The notes beneath the pieces were generated by a model, which was given only the letters and a program-made list of their open reading frames with translations, was not told the origin of the DNA and made no database searches. A stretch of 64,000 nucleotides of DNA, from contig JAYWIR010000045.1 in assembly GCA_036172245.1 (NCBI GenBank), positions 1-64,000 on the forward strand, written 5' to 3'. Position numbers and translations under genes: made by a program. Position 1 is the first letter of the stretch, and each line of letters begins with the position of its first letter. Origin of the DNA: Raillietiella orientalis (Eukaryota). Below, piece after piece: positions 12,215 through 23,200 of the stretch.

Positions 12215-14676
12215 ATGTCCAGGAACCGAAGTAAACCAGCGTTATCAAAGAATCTTCTGTCTATGAAGGTATTGATCATAATCCGTTAAAGAAATTGAGT
12301 GAATTCCAGCAAGACTTGCTTACATGTATTATATTATGGACACATACATATATTATGAAAAAGTGCCCATTTTTTACACGTAAAAGCCAGCAAATAGTGA
12401 ATTGTGTTGCGTATTTTATTGTTTACGTTGTTTTTTGTATTGAATTGTAACTGTACTTTTTTCCAGTTTATGAAGAAAACGAAAGAAAAACTTGAAATCG
12501 ATGAAGAATCAGAAACAATTAAAACATATTTCAACACTGTGGACAAAGAGGAGTACGTATAAAACTATTTTAATTGATTAGGTTGATCTGCATCATGTAA
12601 TTCAATTGCATTCCTGTCATGGCATGGGTTGTATTTCTTCCTTTATTGCTTAAGTCATGATTTCACTAATGTTGTGTGAACAAGGTACTTGAAAAGTGAA
12701 TGTCAGTATAATGTGGCCCAATCAAATTATAACAATTCACATTTGTAAGCTTCATTTGCAGAACTTAGAGTACACAAAAGACTAGGAAACTTTAAAGCAA
12801 AGATACTTTTTTTTTAATAAGTTTTTCTGCTGTGTTTGTAGAAGTTGAATACACATCTATTAAGAGACTTTGTCTGTGTGCCATTAGTAATTACATTTGA
12901 ATTTACCTTGGAGTTTCATATCTTTGCACATGCTACACAAAAAAAATTATAAATTATATTCAGGTCTGATAAGAATTGTGTTTTTGAGGCTGTAATCTGT
13001 TAAAAAAAGATTGGCAATGAATCAAGAGCACTTAAGGTGTATTGTATTATCAGGAAAACTAATATGGATTTCATGAGAAAACTGCTTATTATTTAAAAAA
13101 TTTATTATTTAATATTTTCATGTAGCTATGCATATAATTGTTTTACAAGTTAGCATGCATCCTTGATGGCCCATCATAAATATGTATGTGTGTCTTAGTG
13201 CAGGTCTAATGCACCCATCAAGTTTAAGATTACTTTGCTGTTTACCTTAGTCTTCCAAAACAGTGAATTGATGTTCAGCATATACCTTGTGCCCTTTCAA
13301 ATTCGTAGTAAGATTTCTAGCCCAAATACTTAATTGAATGATACAACTGTGAAGCTGTATTGCTTGCTGTGCAGTAAACTGCACAATTTCAAACACTGAT
13401 GAGGATAGGTTCTAAAGAGAGATTCGTTTTCACATAGAAAATAAAGTGTGAGACAGAGAAATGGACAATAATTAATCTCAATTTGTTTTCCTACCAGGAT
13501 ATGGTAAAGTCATGGAAATATGTATGCAAGCATTCAGTCTTTTAGTACTTAGAAAAAACACTTCTAGTAAATTAAGAAAATTTTGCAATTGGTAGAGCAA
13601 TAAATCAATTTAACAAAATGATTAACCTCAAATAAGGCTATTATATCTGTATCCATTTTGGTACAATAAGGTGAACAAAATTCTGAAGTGGAGACTGCTG
13701 TACACTAGTGCTGTCCTATATGCTTGCAACCCTGGTGCTACTTTAAAAATAATTGTGGCTTAGTTTCACAGAATTTTTTGCCTCAAATGTCAGTTGAAAA
13801 TAATGATACCAGTAATACAATGTACTCTTATTAATTTCTCTCTCCAAAACAAAAAATGGTTTGCAAATGCCAGATGAAAGGCATCCCAGAATAAAATTTG
13901 CTAGTCACAGTGATTCTTATGTTCTGTACAAGTAGCTTACCAGTTTATGAAGTTGAAAAAATTTCAGTGCATATGTTATTGATGATGGTAGGCAAATGTC
14001 TTTGTATGGAAAAAGCTTCATAACCAGCTATATTCTTTCATTCTCATGTGGTCATATTACAAAGAAAAGATAGCAGCATCCCCCAAAATAGATTCTACTT
14101 AATTGAGGGATGGGCTACATTCATCTTTGAATTTTGGCACATGCAAATGAATGAATGAAGTACATCAATCATACAATTCATTTATGTGAATGCATCAGAA
14201 ACCATTTCCACATTCACCTACTGAAACTCATTTTGACATAGCAAACTCATTTTGCAAATGAAATCATAGGAGTTTCAAAAGCTGCAGTTTACATGAATGT
14301 TATGAAAAGAAGGGTATGCTAAAATAAAAATGCTTTATATTGCGTTTTAGCACATTTATTGTGGAACCACAATATGCAATTTGTGAGGAGTTAATCTTTG
14401 GTAGACTAGCCTTTCATGGAATGAACACTGAAATAGAAAAACTAACCAAAGATGGCAAGCAAAAAAGAGAAAAGGAAAAAGAAGTCAATAACATTTTACA
14501 GGTAAGGCTAGTAAATTAAGCCATTAACTTATCTGTTATAGAATGCGATTTCTGATCAAGAGATGGCTAAAAGATATTCAAATTTGATTCAGACAGTAAA
14601 GAAAAAATTCACACGAAAACGTAAGAGGTGCTCAATGACAGATGCCAAATTTTCTTCAAGTAAAAAGAAAAGCTGA
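12215..14676 (+). CDS. MPHOSPH6: M-phase phosphoprotein 6 (nuclear exosome cofactor MPP6), 4 exons
   Basis: Not in the ORF track. Exons 12215-12268 (MSRNRSKPALSKNLLSMK), 12467-12552 (FMKKTKEKL...), 14351-14501 (TFIVEPQYAICEELIFGRLAFHGMNTEIEKL...) and 14542-14676 (AISDQEMAKRYSNLIQTVKKKF...*) are phase-consistent. They match remembered MPP6 motifs LSKNLLRMKFM, CEDLLYGRMSFRGFNPEVEKL and VSDEEMARRY. Confidence 0.9.
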
Positions 14677-14679
14677 TAG

Positions 14680-15529
14680 TCATTTGAGAATGTAATCATG
14701 GGGCCAGTCAAACAGTTTAGGGAATGTGTTAACTTCTTCTTCTGAATATTCATCAAGCCGTTTAGGTACTGGTCGAATTTGGGGAATTTGATCTGTGATG
14801 TTGTCCAAAATATGTGAAGGCACCTCAGTTTCAGCAAATATATACAGTCTTTGCATTACTGTTCTCCGAAGTAGATTTTTTGGCAGGCAGTGATAAACAG
14901 CTTTGAACATGACCTATACACAAGTAAAAATACCAAATACCAAAAGCAAGTACCATAGTGGGATCCTTTTGTTGCAATTCCCATGCTGGTGTCTTAGATG
15001 CACCTCCTGGGAATCCTGTGTGATGAAAGTATACTCTATATTGCCATTCATGAGCAGGCATAGCAACATATTTACTATTTATAACAACAACTTGATCTCC
15101 ACAGTCACCTAATGAATTAAATAGAAAATTTCAACTTCTCTTACTAAGATCCACTTACTAACTGGATGATATATTGGTTTATGTTTCCCTAATAAATAAT
15201 TCATTATAACTTTTGCTGAATCAAATGGGTTCTGCCACTTCGCATCAAAAAGGTACCATACCCTCGAAAATGTGGCCCATTGCTAAATGATTAGGTTAAA
15301 AAAAAAATACAACATTTTTAGCAGAAAGTCATGCATAAGGTTCTTAAGAAAATCTTGATGCCTATAAAATCTTAATTAATTATGTTTTCTTAGTTGCATG
15401 TAAATGCATGCTTGCCTCCTCATTTCCAAAAGGTTTCTTTAGAAATAAGGAGTATGCAGATATGGATGCATTACATGTATATAAATTTTTACTAACCTGA
15501 GTTCTTTTCAAAAGGCTGGTTGAAGGCAT
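14680..15529 (-). CDS. MRPL13: Mitochondrial ribosomal protein uL13m, 4 exons
   Basis: Exons 15529-15497, 15282-15159, 15108-14954 and 14913-14680. Motifs QWATFSRVWYLFDA, GKHKPIYHP-DCGD-VVVIN, HTGFPGG, LPKNLLRR and PVPKRLDEYSEEEVNTFP. Confidence 0.95.
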
Positions 15530-16040
15530 TGTAAATATCAGAATGCTGAATTTTTAATAAAAGTATTCAAGAATCTCAAAAGTGAGAAAATTAGCACTCA
15601 GTTTCTTCATGTCGGCACTTATGTGCGCGCATAATCAAACTACATCTCTGCGAAAGAAATGTTAACCTCAAAGCATCTAACTACAAAACGTTTGCAATTT
15701 ACAGCCTTAGAGATATTGGCTTACGGCCCATTCAATTACTCGATTCCATTTGTTTTGTTTTTAGAGTTTGAAAAGTCATAAAGATTGCTCAGGAAAAACG
15801 AGCCCCAAGAATTTGAGTGCCAACTCCGAACCAAAATCGTATTAATGTTACAAACGTTTACTTAATCACAGACTCCCCAAACCTGCTCCCCTACATAAAG
15901 TTTTTTTGACCCTTAAATGATAACGAAGTATTGCATTAACGGAATGCATTTCTGATCAAGTCCTCGTCTTCAGAAGGCTTCGAAGTATTCCGGGCCTGCT
16001 ACACGAACCACTACATCACCAGCATCCGTACCCCAAACTG

Positions 16041-16420
16041 TCATCCCAAGCCTTTTTTACTGAACGACAAAAATGTGCACTTCGTGTCTTCGCAAAACAT
16101 CCCATGGAGCACCTTCACGTTTACAAAGCGCGAAAAGGGAAAACACGAACACTTGGTATACAAGTAACTTCTGCGTTTTAAATACAGCATTGGGTTCTCT
16201 ATGAAACTCGAATTCGCCTGTTTAATCACTTGGATTTTTAAGTGGAGTACGCTTTCCAGAGAAGGCATATGTGCTTGTAAACGGTTCAGAACACACAGTT
16301 CACATGGACTACCCATGGGTGACCCCAGCATAAATGTTCAATGTAGCGCCAAGCAGAACTCAAAACTGGACACTGGTGTCAACGTAGGAATAAACACGTA
16401 CGCTGTACAAATCCATGTAC
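16041..16420 (-). mobile_element. Penelope-like RT relic
   Basis: SFEF...*..GSPMGSP...LNRL...MPSLE resembles the Penelope RT motif F-F---Y-Q--G-PMGSPLS--LAN--M--LE. The following YVDD is degenerate (FSRFVNV). Confidence 0.4.
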
Positions 16421-17434
16421 CTGCAAATACTCTACGCTGCAATCAACTACACAATGCTACACAGCGCGCAATCGCAACACACGACGTGCGGAAATTCATT
16501 GATTAATTGTGCACACAAAATGCATTTGCCATTATGTCGGGTAAAATGCCATAAATTACCAAAAGGAGTACACAAACAAACTCTGGAATTTTGCAAACAC
16601 GGGAATTTTTTTTAGGTTTTAACTACATTTTTTACAGGGGACATTAAGCATGGAAACAACATAGATCTTGTTTTGCGAGATCATGGATGGAGTCGACTCA
16701 ACTTCAAGCGGATCTCCCGACTAGAAAGTTTTCGGTATTTGGGAATTCAAGCCGAGAAAAAGCAAAGAAAACCTTTATGGTTTTTGTTTGTACTCGATTA
16801 GATTGGAATTGCTTCGAAACGCACGACAAAATACTGAGGAAGTTTTTTTTTTTTTTTTTCCAACATCAAACTATTTTACAATTAAATCAGCACGCAAGCA
16901 CCTCGCTTTAGCAAACTGAAATGAGTTGAAAGGAAACCAAAGAAACCAAGGATTATGTAGATTCTTTCGATCACGGTTACTTTGGAGACCACTGGAATTA
17001 GACATTTCTGGGATCGATGGGACAAATTTGATCGTAACGAGATTTTTCTGCTGCTTTTGCAGTTATTCAGAGTTCCCGTATTGGGGCTAGCAATCTGAAA
17101 GAGATCGTGAGCAATAAATAAAATCAATCGATTTCTACGTTATTCATTTGACATTCATAATGCCTCACGGCATATATGCATGAAAAATTATTAAGAACGC
17201 TTTTTGTTTTTTTAATAGTTATTATTGATCTTAATATATTTCTTACTTAGAAATGATTCATCACTGATAATGTTCCAAATACTTTTCAGTAATCACTCTG
17301 TTCTTGACATCACAGTTGATTGAATTTCTAGTTTAGCAAAAAAAAAAAGCACGCACGCACGCACACACAGTATTGATAATAGCAAATAATACTTGTGATT
17401 GATATGTTCCTTACGTCCTAAAAGCTTCTGTCGT

Positions 17435-17948
17435 TCATCACCCGGATATGCCGGGGCATTTATTATTAAAAATTTTTACAAAATTCCATAATAAGGTCTA
17501 TAGAAAGTTTGTGTCGTGGTAGAGCACTTGGTTCTAACACGCTTGAAGACTTGTCGTGACCCGGTGTTAAGACCGGCGAGGTCCTCTACTGAGGCTCAGG
17601 GGAAGGGGAAACCCAAACAAAAAGAAGGATAACGGGGAGAAGAATGGTTTTTAGAGGGGGGGAGGGCAGGGAAGGGATCACTAGACTCCTGGATCGGTCC
17701 TCTGCATCCTATCCAGAATGCTGACAAGTTCTGTTTTAATATTTCGTCGGAGGCGCCACCTTGTCGCGGTCTCTAAAAAGACCGTCGTCCAGTGGATGGC
17801 GTCCCTGCTTCTCTGGCCTCTTCTTCTAGAGTTCCAGCTCGCCAGGATGCCGCGAACATAGCAGAGAACTGCTAAAGACTCAGCTGGACGTAGGCCGTCC
17901 CGCAGAAAGAGGCGTCAGTAAATGTCTCTAGGGTCGCCTACTGGAAGA
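17435..17948 (-). mobile_element. 5'-truncated L1/Tx1-type LINE 3' end, copy A
   Basis: Homologous to copies B and C (ORF2 C-terminus, gtgatccc plus C-rich 3' UTR, AATAAA-hairpin end). 15-bp TSD aaaagcttctgtcgt at 17420-17434 and 17949-17963. Confidence 0.8.
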
Positions 17949-19057
17949 AAAAGCTTCTGTCGTGCTTCTCCATGTTTCAACTTTCATCATGCTAACTTCT
18001 GTTTTGCTGTTGGTCATTTTCTATGTTCAACGAATCCTTTAAATTCAATACGGAATTTCTCCATATCAACGAACAACGTATCATCAGTTTGTGTACCGTG
18101 TCCTTGCAAATCTTTCGGACCTCAAGTAACCTGAGGCGAATTCGGAAACCTTTGCAAATTTCAGCGGATGTCTAACTTTTAGAAATAAGTGAAATCATCT
18201 ATAAAAGCATCCTTCCCTGGATAAGGATACTTAACAAAGTCACCTCTGTATATTCTGAGTTTAGTTTTCCTCTTTTCAAATTTGTTTTAAAATAGGACTT
18301 TTATGGCAGAGTCTTTAAGTTTTCCAGGAATTTGCAGACCTCAGTCGGTGAATGTGGGTGTAGCCAGATGTTTCCAAACCTTAGCCTATATCCCATTATT
18401 GCTTCTTTAGTTTCCTTTTTATCAAATAACAAGCAAATAATGAAATTAATTCTTTTAGGTCTATTTCCTATAACTTTTTTTATTGATATTCTAGGCTCTT
18501 TCAGTCGTTGGAAGTAATGGTTAATAAGGCATTGGAAAGAATTCTGAAATGCAAGAAGAATTTTTGATCATTGGAATCTGTGTGTCTTATATTTGAGAAA
18601 GGATCAGTTTTAAATGATGCGAAATTTTTGAAGTAAACCAAAGGTTCAGAAAATGATTGCACCGTCAAGGAATTTTCATTTGGTTATTAATGAGCAAAAT
18701 GGAGAAGCTTCACACTTTGTTTTGGTTGCCCAGCAAGCATCAGGTTTCGGAAGTTGAGGACCTGCATCAACACTTTGCAGTCACAACCTGGATGAAAATT
18801 CCGCTTGTACTCACTGCTTAGATGACGTGAAAAAATTGTAATTGCAAACTTAACTGTCAAAGTGCTCACTGTCTTGTGCTTGAGTACTAATATCCAATAT
18901 TGTTTCTTTGAAGTTTTATTCAAATTAAAATATTTCATGAAATATAACAAAGATAAAAGATAATTCTTCGTTTTGCATTAATAACTACGCTTGCATAAGG
19001 CAGCATTTGAGAATTGCTTTAGGTGCTTTGCACCCTTCATCATTCATTAATTTAAAA

Positions 19058-20200
19058 TTATAGAACAAAAGACACGCTTCCAAGTCCGCTCTTGATGGAA
19101 CAAAAAAATCTGTCCAGTTCGGCATATGGCAACAAATATACCGGACGTTTTTTCCCGTTCCATTCCCTGGTTTCTGGAATCCATTCATGAAGTCTGCTCA
19201 CACTGCCGAGAAATTTTTCAAAGGTGTTTATCACTCTCGTCTTTGAGTTGGGTCCTAAGCAAATCAATGTGATCCACTGGGCTGTCGGTTTGAAGAACCA
19301 ATACATCTGATTTGAGGCAAGCTGATGGCCTTTGGTGTTTTTTCCCTTATTATTTTCCTGCATCGAGAAACTGAAATTTGAAGTAGCTTATGAATTAGAT
19401 GTGTATTTCAAGCATAAATATAATATGAAATGACAAATATTCGACACAAAATTCATTTTATGTAAATAAAGTTGAACTGTGGCATGTTAACTACGCAATG
19501 TGTTTTTCTCAAATATTGGAAAACAATGAAAGACATGAAGGATATTTAAAAGCTGATACTGGGAATAATTTCTAATAGTGCAACCATAAATGTGTTTGAA
19601 GTTCTGTCCTTCTTTTCAACAAGCATAAAGTTGAAGAAATTGAAAAATAGCAAGCTACAGTCGAATTGTGAAATTCTGTAGTAGGTGAATTCGTTACGAT
19701 ACTTACTGTATGAACATACATACTATTCTGCATTTCTAATCCAGAATTACTTATCTATCTATCTATGTACCTTCGGAGAAGATGAAATGAAGAGGCCCCC
19801 CTCCTCCTGGGGTGTCCCTCCGGAGAGAATGAGGAAGGAGACTCCCTTCTGGGTTCCCCTTCGGAGACAATCAGGGTAGAGGTGCGATCCTCCCCTCCCG
19901 GGGGGATCCCTCCCCAAGCGTAATTAACGGACTCCGAGCCCTTCCCGGGTTCATAGGGCGGACCCCCTCCACGGGTGCCTCCTATCTTGTCTTGAGGAAT
20001 TACACGCACCCACCGCTGGTGGCGTGGAACAGGAACAGTGTTAAAGAGTCACCGGCTCTTGAGGTACTTAGAAAACCCGAGAAAAAAAAACAGCGCAGAC
20101 AGAAGGAAAAAGGATTTCTATCATCCTATTCTAATCTATATATATATATAGATAGATTTATATCTATATCTATATCTATATCTATCTATCTATCTATCTA

Positions 20201-20279
<79 letters not shown>

Positions 20280-23200
20280 CATTTGTTTATTGAATAACCA
20301 CATTAACCACATTAAGAATCAGTCAGTTGGCTGAAAGAAATACACATAGCAAAACCTTGTAATCTGTTTCCAATCTAATGTCACATAAATGTTTCTCACC
20401 AAATCGTGAATAAGTGTACTCACAAAAGAGAACAGTGAAGTGTCTGTAACATTTTTATAATAAAACTTATAAAAATGGAACCATGCATTTGGAAAGTCTT
20501 CCCCCCCGCCCCCCACATCTCGGAAAGATCTTTGCTTGCATCATGAAAATATCAAGAAGGATACCGAAAATTATTTTCCATCGTGACATTTCAACGATCA
20601 AATTATGTTACAGTATACAGACAAGAGGCAATTTTCATTTTGAAAAGGCGTTGCTTACGATAAGCTGCACATGGCACTCCCGTATACGCATATGCGCAAT
20701 GATGGCAGCGATGTGTGCGTTGCATGCATTGCTTGATGTCTACTTTATGAATCATCTGCTTAGAGAGGTGTTTCTCACCCTGAGGGATACGTGGCAGTAT
20801 TTTCCAGGATCTGCAATTCTGGATCTGTTTCAGCTGTTCTGGATTATGCATGCCTCATTGGAGGGATCATAAGCCGCTCAAGATTGCGTACCTCGTAGGT
20901 AAGTTTCCATTGCCGTGTATGTGAACGACCCTGCAAACGGGACCAACGAGCTGGTCGCAAGATCTTTTCGCAGACCCATGGCCATTTTCTTCACAAAAAA
21001 CTTTTCTTCGCAGTGAATGGCTCCGAAAACATTGTGCTGTTTCGCTCCCTCGATCTCAAGCAAAAGATGCAAAATTCTAGCCTCGACCTCAGCTCTATAA
21101 AATCCAGAAAAAATTTAAGAGTACTCCCATATGCCTTCAGTCACCTCCTCAAGTTCCTCAAGACCGCTGACTTCTCATCGTGGAGTGCAGTGGTCTCCGA
21201 GGCAGATTTTACATTCTGTAGATTCTTTTGGGTTTTCTTTTGCGAAGGCACGGGCAATTTCGAGGACATCTGGGAGTGTTTGCAGACCACCTTTGAAGTG
21301 CTTGAATCTTGCACGTATTCGGATTTTTGTTCTCTTCTTAAACCTTCCACATTAATTGACACGCTTTTCGGATTGTTCAGATGAACTGCGCGCTCTGGTA
21401 GTTCCTTGTTTTCCGTTCCCTGAGCATCTTCGTTCTCTTTCGAAGTGGCGTTTTCTCCAAGCAGTTCAGATGCTGGAATCCTACTCGGATCTTCGTCAGG
21501 ATCCTGAGAATATCCTTTATATTTAGGGAGCACGGCTTTCCTGTTTCTCATGAAACGTCTTCTGATGCCCATGTCACGTCGCTTCTTGTGGATGAATACA
21601 ATGTTTGTCATGTTGATCGAAGAATGATTGTAGTAAGGCCAGTCAACCTGAAGAAAAGTTTGGCAATCAAAGCAAATTCGTCATCTTACCTGGGCATCTT
21701 GATTGCACATGACCAAAGGTTCCGGATCATCCGTTTGCACAAAATCTTCAACAAGAGACACAGACTGAACAGGGGATATCGTTTCCAGCAAAGAACTTTT
21801 CAATGTGCTGAGGGAAATGAAACCATCTGGACTATTGATGTTCTCCATATCTGTTTCCGAAAAGCTCCTGCTATGTATTTTTATTGACATCCATCGTCAT
21901 CCATCAAATATTATCATTTACCTACTTCGTTTCGTGCTAATCTTGTGGGCCGGAACCGCACTGTGCAGCAAAAGGTACTTGGCGCAGTTAAGGCTGTTTC
22001 GGTGTAGTGCTACATCTAGAGGTGTCATGAGTTGACCTTTGCTGTTCTTCATTACGGCGTTCACGTTGGCGCTGTGGTCTATCATGATCTAAGGAAAAGT
22101 ACAGTTATCGTTGGTTACATTGGCTTTCTTCAAATATACTTTACACATTTCTACGTTATTATTAATGCATGCTATGTGTAAACAAGATCTGCAGTCATTA
22201 TTAACCGCATTCACGGCACTAGGGTTTTGATTCAGCAACCACTCCACCAAGTCTTTCCTGCCTGATTGCACAGCTTCATGAAGAGCCAAATCACCTTTAA
22301 TGTTTTTAGTCCAAAGATCTGCGTCATGTTTTGACAATATTTTCAGCGTTTCTAGCTGTCCTTTGGCACATCCACAGTGAGCAGAGCTAAAAGATTTCCA
22401 AAACTATGGATCTGAAATTTCAAGTTCCACATAGAGAGACAATGTTTAACGATAGGAAAAGAAAAGGAAGAAGAAAAAAAAAAGAAATCCGATATCTTAT
22501 TACACTGAATTGCCAGAACTCTTTCAGTTCCTTGTTTCTAAATATGAAATACATATCTATTGATTTGGTGATCACAGGCGTCAGTCATGGATCTGTACAT
22601 CCTAACCACTCCTGTGAACTTTCATATTCTTTAATCTGACTGTTTGCTTTGCTGTATTTTATGAAGTGAATTTTCTGAAGCCAATGCTGATTTCTGGCTG
22701 GGTCATTGCAACGTACTTTATCCCGTTTGATCCATTGCGGCTGAAGAGAGGATTGGAACATATGGGAAAGTCCCAATAAATCACAATTGCTTGTTTTCTC
22801 TCAAAGTTACGTTTGCAACGAGGTATGCCAGCCCAGATACATAGTTTCGTGAATTCTATCTTCTAAAAGCAACAATTTCTCTGGATTCTGGGCACAGAGG
22901 AGTTGGGGAAATCCAAATCAAATGTTTACACATCCGATTAAATGCTGCTCTAAGTGACTGGGAAATAATTTGGATAGTATCTTTCTGAATGACTCGGGAG
23001 CACCTCTGTGTCAGCATCTTTTGCTTTCGGACTACCACGTGCCGAAGTTTTCAATCTAAATTTTTATTTTTCGGATGTAACACAGGATGAAAGGTCTTGT
23101 CTTGAAAAGAGTGGCAAAGCTCCTTCAATATGACACCGTGATTTTGATAATAATCAGGCATTGTGCCAAATCAGAAGATTCTTAGTTGCCATTTAGAAGA

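Noticed and set aside
13396..13460. Hammerhead or C/D snoRNA at CTGATGAG in the MPP6 intron
   Set aside because: No stem II or terminal stem could be formed.
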